From NCBI GenBank assembly GCA_965219665.1, contig CBDCOD010000017.1:6069-70068 (forward strand): a stretch of DNA of 64,000 nucleotides, read 5' to 3'. Below the pieces are notes generated by a model. The model worked only from the letters and a program-made list of their open reading frames with translations. It was not told the DNA's origin and did no database searches. Position 1 is the stretch's first letter. The number at the start of each line of letters is the position of its first letter. Below, one piece after another: positions 40,801 to 55,800 of the stretch. A program made the position numbers and the translations under genes. Source of the DNA: Gammaproteobacteria bacterium (GTDB lineage: Bacteria; Pseudomonadota; Gammaproteobacteria; CAKMZV01).

Positions 40801-43800
40801 AACACAGCGGTTGTTTGTGCTGTACTGAAGTCAACACCAGGAACAGCACTACCACCTGACTGCCCTGTAGGATACTCAAGCGTTACATTAATCGTACTAC
40901 TGATTGCTTCACGATCAAGTTCTACAACCAGAGAAGCTGATGAACCCTCAGGAATTAAAGCGTTACCACTATTGCGCAGACTTAGTGCCAAATCGGAGTC
41001 GTTGTCTTGAATATTGATAGTTAGGGCAGAGGCATTTCCTGTTGTTAGCGCAGGCGACAGAACGCCCCCATACGTACCAGTACTTACAGAAATTTCAATG
41101 GTTTCAGGAATTACAGAGCCTTCTGCCAGTACATCATCTATGATGCTAACGCTGATTAATGCGGTGGTTTGGCCAGGTGCTAACGTAAAGACTGTATCTG
41201 CCAATACATAGTCAAAACCTGCAGTGTTTGTTGAGCTAATGCTGCGCTTAGCCGTACCACGCACTGTAAGTGGAACAACAATGTTCTCATGACCGCTATT
41301 GGCAACAAGCCCTTCATCAATATGCTCTAAAGTTAAACTTACAACAATGCTCTGTGCATTACCTTCATTAACATTAACAATTGGATCACCTAAACTACTT
41401 GCTAAAACTAATTGCACTGCACCAACAGCATTCAAACTATCAATAATAATCGTTTCTGTTGTGCCACGCTCTGCGGTTAGGACACCTCCAATACCAAAAG
41501 CCTCTAATATGCTGGGCAGCACATGTGTCACTTGCTGCACCTCTATAATGACCTGCTCGGAGTGCTCAAATAAATTGTCATTAGCCACTGGATACAGTCC
41601 ACTGAACTGACTACCCGTCAGTGATTCTGCACTGACAGATGGAATAGATACAGCAACTGTTGAATAATCTATACCTGCATCAGCCTGCCCTCGATAGGCT
41701 ATAACAAGACCTAAAGTTGACCCTGAACCGTTATAAACTGGCTCATTAGCATTATTAACTAATGCATAGACTACCCTAATAGGAACGGAGGTTGGTTGTT
41801 GCTCTCGACCAGCTGCTGGATTAATATTTAAGGAAACGCCAGCTATGATTTCATCATCAATAATGGAGGCAGTAACCGTATCTGTCAGTGCATCTACCTG
41901 ACTACGCGGGAAGCGGTTTGCTGTTTCTGTGGATAGCCGAATTTGCAAATTAAACTGCTCGGTTCCTTCTAAAAACTGATCATCTAACACAGCATACTCA
42001 AGAACTGTGGATATATTGCCTGTTGCAATGCTTACAACTATTTCATTACTACCCTGAAAATCAGTTCCATTCGTTGCATTACCTGAACCAGCAGAAATAG
42101 GCAACAGCTCTGCAACAAAAGACAGAGGAAACTCCGAACTATTGATATTGCTGAGTTCTACAACCAAACTTACTGATGAAGTACCTTCTATCCCAGCCGA
42201 CACCTGCCGCAATTCTGCAAGGACATTGTCATTGTCTGCTATCTCACCTGTAGCCTGCTGGTCAGCGCCCACACTATTAAAAACCGCTGCATTATTATCT
42301 GGATCTGTGATAGCCAGTGTGAATGTCTCGGTTGACTCAAACTCAATATCATCTAATACCTCAACTGCGTATTGAGCTGTACTCCTCCCCACACTAACTA
42401 AGAATTGTGCACCAATCGGATTAGCATAGTCTAAGCCTAAAGAGGCTGAGTCAGCTGGGTCACCAAGAGTAATATTTACTGCAATTGTGCTGTGCGTATA
42501 GTTTGGCAATGCCATCTCTACCTCAAATAGCACAGGCTCTTGAGGGTCCCCCGCTGCCACTTCCCGACCAGGAGACTGTTGCGTCGCATGAAGCCTCAAG
42601 TTATCATCATTTTCATCATCACGCACTTCAACAATATCTGTTCTACTGCTTGTAATATTTAAGGTAGAGCCTATGTATACGGCACCGACAGAGAAAAATT
42701 CTTCATTCGGCCACCCCTCAAAGGCAGGATCGTCTATAACCTGCCAGCTCTGAGTGGTTGCCGAGGCACTGTTGAGTATGCTATGCTGTATATCAGCCGA
42801 TTCGTTAAGATCTAAGTCTAAATCGGCTGACCCAGTCAATGGATCACCACCTAACTCAACATTACCTGAAAGCGTTACATTTGACTCAAAAAGAATACTG
42901 CTACCCGTCTGGTTTATAACGCGTTCACCCGCTGTTATTTTGCTTTCTAAGAATGTTTCAACGATGGCTGGCAGTGGTGTGCCATTTCCTTCATCAGCAT
43001 GCTGCAGTCTACGCACATTAACTAACACACCATCTACTTGCTCATCATCAGATGCCTGCACAATCACATCTGTTAGATTAGCCTCAGAGAGCGTGTATAA
43101 CCCACCTCCACCAACACTGGAATGACGAAGTGAAAAAGCACGTGTTGAGCCAACTAACGCAAAATCATCTACAACACGAACCACGACAGTGTGACTACTT
43201 AACACACCTGTAGCAAAATCCAAAGTAAGGCTGCCCGTTGAAAATGTTTTTCCATTGGAAGAAACTTCTAATCCTGGATAAAAATCATTACTTGTTGTAG
43301 TAATCCGAAGCGTTAATTGCACGTTAGAATTAGAAGGCACTGTCCTAATAGAAATCACGTAGGTACTTTGTGGCGCGGTACGTTCATCCACTTCTAAGAG
43401 AGTGGGCGTAATATCGAAGCCCGGAGCATCATCATTTACATTCTCTGCATCTAAGGTTTGTGCAACAACACGCTGCGGATCAGAGTAGACTAAGTCGGTG
43501 GTGGTCGCGATATGGCTTCTCACAGTAAATGTTTGTGTTGGGTCTGTTATGGGAGGTATGTCAGCAACACCTTGTAAGGTTGCTGTGACTGTAGTTTGCC
43601 AGTTTATCGGTGTAAATACAATATCCTGTGATATAAGCCCTGCATTAGATCCAACCCCAATTACTCCAAGCGCTGCACTACTAGATCGTACTGATACCGT
43701 CACCGTAGAAACAGGTTCTGTCCCTAACCGTACATCGAACACATCAAAAGTTCTCGTCTGTGTTGCCGTGCTGGGTCCATTATTGGAATCAAATACACTA

Positions 43801-46800
43801 TCCAGAACCCGCAAAGGTGTTGACTCTGTCAGCATAATAAGATGAGCAGTATCATCATCTATACTCGTACCTGTAAATTGTGCAGTGCGGATATTTGAAC
43901 CACTATACTGAGGAGCAGTCCCAGTAGATACTAATAATACAGTGAACGTCTGTGAACCATCATCTACATCGTCATCCACTGCCTGAACAGTTATAGTTCT
44001 CGTATCTGACCACGCGCCGCTCCCAGATGCAGCAGTGTTAAAGGTTATAGAAGATACGATAAGCCGCACTTCTAATGTTTTGCCGTTACTAAAAGCGTTG
44101 TAGTGTACCGTCGTATCCAATAATATATCTACTGGCTCAAAGGGTTGCGCTTGTAAGCGCATGTGGAAACTATCCGTAGTTTCTCCATCTTCGCGTACTT
44201 GAAGTGTTGGGTTTACTATAGCAGAAACGAGAATCCCTGCTTGATCATCATCCAATATACTTACTACAGCCGTTGCTTGCTGAGTCTGTAAGCCAGACCA
44301 ATGTGCTTCTGTATTGACATCTGCCTGAGCATCTACTGAACTTAATGCTTGTATAGAAAGCTGTTGCGTCTCGTCATCATAATAATCATCTATTGCATTA
44401 ATCGTAATGACCTGAGTAGTCAACCAAGAAGTACTCGGATATGCCTCAAATACTAATACTCGTGTACTTATACTCAATAAACCACCAATATGGTCATTAT
44501 CAAAACCCGAAGAAACCGTGACCCCAAAAGTAGAAATGGATAACGTTACCGTGCTTTCAGGCTGCGCATTAAGACGCATACCTAATGCAATCATGTTGGC
44601 GGAACCTGCCGCTAACGTTTCTCCTACGGCAAAGGCGGTGCTCGTAAAGGTAATACCTGCTGTATCATCATCAATGATGGTTACTGTGAGGGTTGCTCCT
44701 AAAAAGTCAGGGCTATTAAGATAGTTTGTATCTAATGAAGCCGCACTAAATGAACCAAAGACTATCTCATCATCCTCATCGATATCATCTTGCTGAGCTA
44801 CTACCGTAAAAGTTGTCCATACATCCCATGCTACCCTTGCAAATTCAATGCTTGAACTACTAAACACCATCTCACTATTTGTCAACCCGTTGGTGGTATA
44901 AAAAGCCGTCAGTGTAAGCGTTGTCTGTGGCTGGGAACGCAAACGCACAGCTACTGTTTGCGAAGAGCCTGCTTCGCTGATGGTTACAGATGAACTGGAG
45001 AACTCAAAACCAGCCAACTCATCATCCAAAGCAGTTACTACGACGCTGTCAATATCTAAGGCAGCATGGTAACCAGAAACAGGCGCACTAGATACAGAAA
45101 TTTGCAGCGTAGTAACTTGATCCTGATCATTCAAGGAGTCATCAACTGCTTGTACGGTAACGGTTTGTGTGGCTCTATAATTTTGTGGTGTAAAGGTGAG
45201 CACTACTTGTGTTGAAAATGTATTGAATGGTACGGCACCTGTTTCTGTAGAGCGAACCCCTACCTGTAAAACCCCAAAAATTGTCGCAACATCACTCGCT
45301 TTCGTGTTATCGGTTGAGGCTACCAACAACGTGATGGTTGAGGCTGGCTGGGTATCTACGCGCAAAGCAAATGCTTCCCTTGGATTAGTGATATCTTCCG
45401 TAACGGTTAGAGTAGTTGGTACTACCGTTACTCCTGCCTCATCCTCATCCAATATTGTTACAACAACTGATGCGGTATTAGATGCACTGTAATCAGCACC
45501 CCCTCCAGCTGTCCACGTAACAGTTGTTCTCTGAGTTCCCTCTTCAATAAAATTGTCAATAGCTTGAACAACTACCTGCTGAGGAATATTCCAATTTGAA
45601 CGAGTGAATACTAACTGTCCTGTATTGGTTTTTGCTTGTTGCGATGAATTATTATCGGGGCCAATAAAAGAATGCTCCAGTGATACGCTAAGGGTTACTG
45701 TGGATGGAGAAAGCAAATTGTCCGTATCAAAAGGCTTGGAAGTAAGGACTACTGTAAATGAATCCGTAGTAGGCCTACCACCTTCTAAACCGTCTTCACT
45801 CACTGTTAGCGAACTTGGACTAACCGTTATACTTCGCTCATCTACATCAATAACATCAACCAATATTTCCCGAACACCAAAAACCGATGCGTCTGCTGCA
45901 ATGGCTTCAATGATAACTGTCTGTGTATCATCATCTTCAAAATCATGGTATGCGGTAACTGTTACAGCCTGAGAAGTGAAACGCGGAGTGAATGCAGGAA
46001 CGGTGATCGATGCAATGACTTTAAGCTCTGTGCTAGGCGCACTATGTATAGAAAGGAAGTCTATCGTAATGGCGCTTGAGGTCTTAACACTCAGTGACAG
46101 ATCAAATGTTGCCGTAGTAGGTCCTGCCAAAGCCGTTTCATAAATCATGCCCAAATTAGTAGTTGATAATGAGAAAGCTGATTCATCATCATCAACTATT
46201 TCGATCAGATGTGTTGAGGAGCGTGTATTGATACCACTCCAGAAAGCATCAATAGTAGAATCCTCAATAGTGCTTGCAGCAGCTACTACGACCGTCTGTG
46301 TGCCATCATCAAAATCATCATCTACCGCCGTAATAACTATTGACTGCAAAGTGTTCCAACTATTGCTGGGGTATGGTGAAAATACAACACTGGTGGTGCT
46401 CAATACAATAGAGCCTGTAAAGGTGGCTGGCAGAACCGTGCCTGTAGAAAAATACACAGTCACTGTCGATTCCGGTTGTGTCGCTAAACGCACGAATAAG
46501 CTGTCCGTTGTGTTGGGCTCTGTGACAACCGGATTGCCCGATAACACAATACCTGCTGTATCGTTATCAATAATGGTTACCGTTAACGTACTTGACAAAA
46601 ATTGAGGATCATCAACATAACCGGCTGCCGTTGCTGATGCAATAAAATACACATCTACTGTCTCATCATCCTCATCAATGAAATCATCAAAAGCAGTTAT
46701 CGTAACAGTAACTGGATTAAATGCACTACTATCACTAAAACGAATAGTATTCGTACTGAATGTTAATTCACGTGTCGATTGACCTGAAAGCGTAGAGGTT

Positions 46801-49800
46801 GGAGAAAGAAATACCGTCATACCACTAACTGGCTCCGCCGTTAGCACCACAGTAAATGTGCTACCACTGCCCCCTTCTGTTACAGAGGCAGTAGAGCGAC
46901 TAAGACTATAGCCAGGACTCTCATCATCAATTACCTCAACAATAACATCTGATAAAGTCGTAGCAGCACTGTAACCAGAGTCCCCATTAACAACTGTCAG
47001 CGTCAGCGTCACAAAAACACCATCATCATTTGCCTGATCATCTATTGCCTCAACTGAGACCGTAATAGGCGTGTTCCAAGTCGCAGAAGTGAAACTCAAT
47101 AATATACTACTCTGACTATTCGTGCTTTGACCACTTAACTCTAACTGCGCAAGCCCTTGAACCTGTGTAGAAGCAACCGATAGCGTAACCGTAGATAATG
47201 GCTGCGTCTGTGGGCGAATCTCAAAAGTAGCCGACCTACTACTACCTGCCTCTTCTGTGATAATCAGCGATGTTGGAACAACTACAAAGCCTGCAACATC
47301 ATCATCTGTAACGGTGACCGTCAGTGTAACATTCTCACTTGAACCATAATCACCCCCACTGGCTGCTAAGCTAAAGGTGCTATACTGTGTATTATCAACT
47401 ACCTCATCATCATAGGCAGAGACCGTTACCGTAATAGAAGTACTCCAATTAGAAGTAGTAAAAACTATTCGAGCTGTAGATAAAGAGGACTGTATCGGAA
47501 TAACGCCTGATGTAAATGTATGCGCACTACTAACCTCAAGCGTAACATCTCCACCATATGGACGCGTAGCCAAACGAACCTCAGCAGTAGAAACCGACCC
47601 CCCTTCCGTAACCGTATGCTCCGTAGGCGCAATCTGTACCCCACGTACATCATCATCAATGGTCTCAAACCCACGTGCAGTGGGCGATAGCCCACTATAT
47701 AAAGCATCGGATGAAGCAACCGATAGCGTAACTGTCGCATTGCGGGTATCATCATCAAAATCATCATCTACTACCGTAATCGTAACACTCTGGAGCGTTT
47801 GCCAACTGTTAGCAGTAGCCGTAAAAGTCAATGAATCAACACTTAACGTTGCCTCTGGATCAGAGGATAAACTATCATCACTTAACAATACATTAACCGT
47901 AACCGTACTGAAGGGGCGCGTTGCTAAGCGAACCGTAAAGGTGGCTTGTGTCGCACTTGACTCATATAGGGTATCTGTACTTAACGCACTAACGACCAAA
48001 GCACTTTCATCATCATCTACTACCAATACCCCATGCGTAGAACTTACGCTATTTGCACCAGCCCAATGAGAAATCGTATTCAAGTCCGCATTAGCAACAA
48101 CTGCAGAGTCCGCCGTAACAACTACTGTCTGTGTGCCATCATCAAAATTATCATCTACCGCCGTAACAACTATTGACTGCAAAGTGTTCCAACTATTGCT
48201 GGGGTATGGTGAAAATACAACACTGGTGGTACTCAATATAATAGAGCCACCAACTGCAATTGAGCCCGTACTAAAACTTAACACCACTGTACTCTCAGGC
48301 TGCGCCGATAGCCGAACTAATAAACTATCTGTCGTATTAGGCTCCGTTACAACTGGACTTCCTGATAACTCAATACCTGCTGTATCATTGTCTACAACCG
48401 TTACCGTCAGAGTATCCCCTGAAAAATCCGCATTGCTTGCATAAGCACCATTGATGTTGTCCGTAGCAATCAAGAAAACTTGTATACTTTCATCATCCTC
48501 ATCAATGTCATCATTCACCGCTGTAACCGTTATCGAAACAGGCGTGCGAGCATTTGCACTGCTGAAAACAATAGTATTCGTACTGAATGTCAATTCACGT
48601 GTCGATTGACCTGAAAGCGTGGCTGATGGCGATAACGCAACCGTAGCACTACCCGGAGGATCCGCCGTTAGCACCACAGTAAAAATGCTACCAACGCCCC
48701 CTTCTGTTACAGAGGCAGTAGAGCGACTAAAACTATAGCCAGGCCTCTCATCATCAATTACCTCAACAATAACATCTGATAAAGTCGTAGCAGCACTGTA
48801 ACCAGAGTCCCCATTAACAACTGTCAGCGTCAGCGTCACAAAAACACCATCATCATTTGCCTGATCATCTATTGCCTCAACTGAGACCGTAATAGGCGTG
48901 TTCCAAGTCGCAGAAGTGAAACTCAATAATATACTACTCTGACTATTCGTGCTTTGACCACTTAACTCTAACTGCGCAAGCCCTTGAACCTGTGTAGAAG
49001 CAACCGATAGCGTAACCGTAGATAATGGCTGCGTCTGTGGGCGAATCTCAAAAGTAGCCGACCTACTACTACCTGCCTCTTCTGCGATAATCAGCGATGT
49101 TGGAACAACTACAAAGCCTGCAACATCATCATCTGTAACGGTGACCGTCAGTGTAACATTCTCACTTGAACCATAATCACCCCCACTGGCTGCTAAGCTA
49201 AAGGTGCTATACTGTGTATTATCAACTACCTCATCATCATAGGCAGAGACCGTTACCGTAATAGAAGTACTCCAATTAGAAGTAGTAAAAACTATTCGAG
49301 CTGTAGATAAAGAGGACTGTATCGGAATAACGCCTGATGTAAATGTATGCGCACTACTAACCTCAAGCGTAACATCTCCACCATATGGACGCGTAGCCAA
49401 ACGAACCTCAGCAGTAGAAACCGACCCCCCTTCCGTAACCGTATGCTCCGTAGGCGCAATCTGTACCCCACGTACATCATCATCAATGGTCTCAAACCCA
49501 CGTGCAGTGGGCGATAGCCCACTATATAAAGCATCGGATGAAGCAACCGATAGCGTAACTGTCGCATTGCGGGTATCATCATCAAAATCATCATCTACTA
49601 CCGTAATCGTAACACTCTGGAGCGTTTGCCAGCTGTTAACAGTAGCCGTAAAAGTCAATGAATCAACACTTAACGTTGCCTCTGGATCAGAGGATAAACT
49701 ATCATCACTTAACAATACATTAACCGTAACCGTACTGAAGGGGCGCGTTGCTAAGCGAACCGTAAAGGTGGCTTGTGTCGCACTTGACTCATATAGGGTA

Positions 49801-52800
49801 TCTGTACTTAACGCACTAACGACCAAAGCACTTTCATCATCATCTACTACCAATACCCCATGCGTAGAACTTACGCTATTTGCACCAGCCCAATGAGAAA
49901 TCGTATTCAAGTCCGCATTAGCAACAACTGCAGAGTCCGCCGTAACAACTACTGTCTGTGTGCCATCATCAAAATTATCATCTACCGCCGTAACAACTAT
50001 TGACTGCAAAGTGTTCCAACTATTGCTGGGGTATGGTGAAAATACAACACTGGTGGTACTCAATATAATAGAGCCACCAACTGCAATTGAGCCCGTACTA
50101 AAACTTAACACCACTGTACTCTCAGGCTGCGCCGATAGCCGAACTAATAAACTATCTGTCGTATTAGGCTCCGTTACAACTGGACTTCCTGATAACTCAA
50201 TACCTGCTGTATCATTGTCTACAACCGTTACCGTCAGAGTATCCCCTGAAAAATCCGCATTGCTTGCATAAGCACCATTGATGTTGTCCGTAGCAATCAA
50301 GAAAACTTGTATACTTTCATCATCCTCATCAATGTCATCATTCACCGCTGTAACCGTTATCGAAACAGGCGTGCGAGCATTTGCACTGCTGAAAACAATA
50401 GTATTCGTACTGAATGTCAATTCACGTGTCGATTGACCTGAAAGCGTGGCTGATGGCGATAACGCAACCGTAGCACTACCCGGAGGATCCGCCGTTAGCA
50501 CCACAGTAAAAATGCTACCAACGCCCCCTTCTGTTACAGAGGCAGTAGAGCGACTAAAACTATAGCCAGGCCTCTCATCATCAATTACCTCAACAATAAC
50601 ATCTGATAAAGTCGTAGCAGCACTGTAACCAGAGTCCCCATTAACAACTGTCAGCGTCAGCGTCACAAAAACACCATCATCATTTGCCTGATCATCTATT
50701 GCCTCAACTGAGACCGTAATAGGCGTGTTCCAAGTCGCAGAAGTGAAACTCAATAATATACTACTCTGACTATTCGTGCTTTGACCACTTAACTCTAACT
50801 GCGCAAGCCCTTGAACCTGTGTAGAAGCAACCGATAGCGTAACCGTAGATAATGGCTGCGTCTGTGGGCGAATCTCAAAAGTAGCCGACCTACTACTACC
50901 TGCCTCTTCTGCGATAATCAGCGATGTTGGAACAACTACAAAGCCTGCAACATCATCATCTGTAACGGTGACCGTCAGTGTAACATTCTCACTTGAACCA
51001 TAATCACCCCCACTGGCTGCTAAGCTAAAGGTGCTATACTGTGTATTATCAACTACCTCATCATCATAGGCAGAGACCGTTACCGTAATAGAAGTACTCC
51101 AATTAGAAGTAGTAAAAACTATTCGAGCTGTAGATAAAGAGGACTGTATCGGAATAACGCCTGATGTAAATGTATGCGCACTACTAACCTCAAGCGTAAC
51201 ATCTCCACCATATGGACGCGTAGCCAAACGAACCTCAGCAGTAGAAACCGACCCCCCTTCCGTAACCGTATGCTCCGTAGGCGCAATCTGTACCCCACGT
51301 ACATCATCATCAATGGTCTCAAACCCACGTGCAGTGGGCGATAGCCCACTATATAAAGCATCGGATGAAGCAACCGATAGCGTAACTGTCGCATTGCGGG
51401 TATCATCATCAAAATCATCATCTACTACCGTAATCGTAACACTCTGGAGCGTTTGCCAGCTGTTAACAGTAGCCGTAAAAGTCAATGAATCAACACTTAA
51501 CGTTGCCTCTGGATCAGAGGATAAACTATCATCACTTAACAATACATTAACCGTAACCGTACTGAAGGGGCGCGTTGCTAAGCGAACCGTAAAGGTGGCT
51601 TGTGTCGCACTTGACTCATATAGGGTATCTGTACTTAACGCACTAACGACCAAAGCACTTTCATCATCATCTACTACCAATACCCCATGCGTAGAACTTA
51701 CGCTATTTGCACCAGCCCAATGAGAAATCGTATTCAAGTCCGCATTAGCAACAACTGCAGAGTCCGCCGTAACAACTACTGTCTGTGTGCCATCATCAAA
51801 ATTATCATCTACCGCCGTAACAACTATTGACTGCAAAGTGTTCCAACTATTGCTGGGGTATGGTGAAAATACAACACTGGTGGTACTCAATATAATAGAG
51901 CCACCAACTGCAATTGAGCCCGTACTAAAACTTAACACCACTGTACTCTCAGGCTGCGCCGATAGCCGAACTAATAAACTATCTGTCGTATTAGGCTCCG
52001 TTACAACTGGACTTCCTGATAACTCAATACCTGCTGTATCATTGTCTACAACCGTTACCGTCAGAGTATCCCCTGAAAAATCCGCATTGCTTGCATAAGC
52101 ACCATTGATGTTGTCCGTAGCAATCAAGAAAACTTGTATACTTTCATCATCCTCATCAATGTCATCATTCACCGCTGTAACCGTTATCGAAACAGGCGTG
52201 CGAGCATTTGCACTGCTGAAAACAATAGTATTCGTACTGAATGTCAATTCACGTGTCGATTGACCTGAAAGCGTGGCTGATGGCGATAACGCAACCGTAG
52301 CACTACCCGGAGGATCCGCCGTTAGCACCACAGTAAAAATGCTACCAACGCCCCCTTCTGTTACAGAGGCAGTAGAGCGACTAAAACTATAGCCAGGCCT
52401 CTCATCATCAATTACCTCAACAATAACATCTGATAAAGTCGTAGCAGCACTGTAACCAGAGTCCCCATTAACAACTGTCAGCGTCAGCGTCACAAAAACA
52501 CCATCATCATTTGCCTGATCATCTATTGCCTCAACTGAGACCGTAATAGACGTGTTCCAAGTCACAGAAGTGAAACTCAATAATATACTACTCTGACTAT
52601 TCGTGCTTTGACCACTTAACTCTACCTGCGCAAGCCCTTGAACCTGTGTAGAAGCAACCGATAGCGTAACCGTAGATAATGGCTGCGTCTGTGGGCGAAT
52701 CTCAAAAGTAGCCGACCTACTACTACCTGCCTCTTCTGTGATAATCAGCGATGTTGGAACAACTACAAAGCCTGCAACATCATCATCTGTAACGGTGACC

Positions 52801-55800
52801 GTCAGTGTAACATTCTCACTTGAACCATAGTCACCCCCACTGGCTGCTAAGCTAAATTTGCTATACTGTGTATTATCAGCCACCTCATCATCATAGGCAG
52901 AGACCGTTACCGTAATAGAAGTACTCCAATTAGAAGTAGTAAAAACTATTCGAGCTGTAGATAAAGAGGACTGTATCGGAATAACGCCTGATGTAAATGT
53001 ATGCGCACTACTAACCTCAAGCGTAACATCTCCACCATATGGACGCGTAGCCAAACGAACCTCAGCAGTAGAAACCGACCCCCCTTCCGTAACCGTATGC
53101 TCCGCAGGCGCAATCTGTACCCCACGTACATCATCATCAATGGTCTCAAACCCACGTGCAGTGGGCGATAGCCCACTATATAAAGCATCGGATGAAGCAA
53201 CCGATAGCGTGACTGTCGCATTGCGGGTATCATCATCAAAATCATCATCTACTACCGTAATCGTAACACTCTGGAGCGTTTGCCAGCTGTTAACAGTAGC
53301 CGTAAAAGTCAATGAATCAACACTTAACGTTGCCTCTGGATCAGAGGATAAACTATCATCACTTAACAATACATTAACCGTAACCGTACTGAAGGGGCGC
53401 GTTGCTAAGCGAACCGTAAAGGTGGCTTGTGTCGCACTTGACTCATATAGGGTATCTGTACTTAACGCACTAACGACCAAAGCACTTTCATCATCATCTA
53501 CTACCAATACCCCATGCGTAGAACTTACGCTATTTGCACCAGCCCAATGAGAAATCGTATTCAAGTCCGCATTAGCAACAACTGTAGAGTCCGCCGTAAC
53601 AACTACTGTCTGTGTGCCATCATCAAAATTATCATCTACCGCCGTAACAACTATTGACTGCAAAGTGTTCCAACTATTGCTGGGGTATGGTGAAAATACA
53701 ACACTGGTGGTACTCAATATAATAGAGCCACCAACTGCAATTGAGCCCGTACTAAAACTTAACACCACTGTACTCTCAGGCTGCGCCGATAGCCGAACTA
53801 ATAAACTATCTGTCGTATTAGGCTCCGTTACAACTGGACTTCCTGATAACTCAATACCTGCTGTATCATTGTCTACAACCGTTACCGTCAGAGTATCCCC
53901 TGAAAAATCCGCATTGCTTGCATAAGCACCATTGATGCTGTCCGTGGCAATCAAGAAAACTTGTATACTTTCATCATCCTCATCAATGTCATCATTCACC
54001 GCTGTAACCGTTATCGAAACAGGCGTGCGAGCATTTGCACTGCTGAAAACAATAGTATTCGTACTGAATGTCAATTCACGTGTCGATTGACCTGAAAGCG
54101 TGGCTGATGGCGATAACGCAACCGTAGCACTACCCGGAGGATCCGCCGTTAGCACCACAGTAAAAATGCTACCAACACCCCCTTCTGTTACAGAGGCAGT
54201 AGAGCGACTAAAACTATAGCCAGGCCTCTCATCATCAATTACCTCAACAATAACATCTGATAAAGTCGTAGCAGCACTGTAACCAGAGTCCCCATTAACA
54301 ACTGTCAGCGTCAGCGTCACAAAAACACCTTCATCATTTGCCTGATCATCTATTGCCTCAACTGAGACCGTAATAGGCGTGTTCCAAGTCGCAGAAGTGA
54401 AACTCAATAATATACTACTCTGACTATTCGTGCTTTGACCACTTAACTCTAACTGCGCAAGCCCTTGAACCTGTGTAGAAGCAACCGATAGCGTAACCGT
54501 AGATAATGGCTGCGTCTGTGGGCGAATCTCAAAAGTAGCCGACCTACTACTACCTGCCTCTTCTGTGATAATCAGCGATGTTGGAACAACTACAAAGCCT
54601 GCAACATCATCATCTGTAACGGTGACCGTCAGTGTAACATTCTCACTTGAACCATAATCACCCCCACTGGCTGCTAAGCTAAAGGTGCTATACTGTGTAT
54701 TATCAACTACCTCATCATCATAGGCAGAGACCGTTACCGTAATAGAAGTACTCCAATTAGAAGTAGTAAAAACTATTCGAGCTGTAGATAAAGAGGACTG
54801 TATCGGAATAACGCCTGATGTAAATGTATGCGCACTACTAACCTCAAGCGTAACATCTCCACCATATGGACGCGTAGCCAAACGAACCTCAGCAGTAGAA
54901 ACCGACCCCCCTTCCGTAACCGTATGCTCCGTAGGCGCAATCTGTACCCCACGTACATCATCATCAATGGTCTCAAACCCACGTGCAGTGGGCGATAGCC
55001 CACTATATAAAGCATCGGATGAAGCAACCGATAGCGTAACTGTCGCATTGCGGGTATCATCATCAAAATCATCATCTACTACCGTAATCGTAACACTCTG
55101 GAGCGTTTGCCAGCTGTTAACAGTAGCCGTAAAAGTCAATGAATCAACACTTAACGTTGCCTCTGGATCAGAGGATAAACTATCATCACTTAACAATACA
55201 TTAACCGTAACCGTACTGAAGGGGCGCGTTGCTAAGCGAACCGTAAAGGTGGCTTGTGTCGCACTTGACTCATATAGGGTATCTGTACTTAACGCACTAA
55301 CGACCAAAGCACTTTCATCATCATCTACTACCAATACCCCATGCGTAGAACTTACGCTATTTGCACCAGCCCAATGAGAAATCGTATTCAAGTCCGCATT
55401 AGCAACAACTGTAGAGTCCGCCGTAACAACTACTGTCTGTGTGCCATCATCAAAATTATCATCTACCGCCGTAACAACTATTGACTGCAAAGTGTTCCAA
55501 CTATTGCTGGGGTATGGTGAAAATACAACACTGGTGGTACTCAATATAATAGAGCCACCAACTGCAATTGAGCCCGTACTAAAACTTAACACCACTGTAC
55601 TCTCAGGCTGCGCCGATAGCCGAACTAATAAACTATCTGTCGTATTAGGCTCCGTTACAACTGGACTTCCTGATAACTCAATACCTGCTGTATCATTGTC
55701 TACAACCGTTACCGTCAGAGTATCCCCTGAAAAATCCGCATTGCTTGCATAAGCACCATTGATGCTGTCCGTAGCAATCAAGAAAACTTGTATACTTTCA

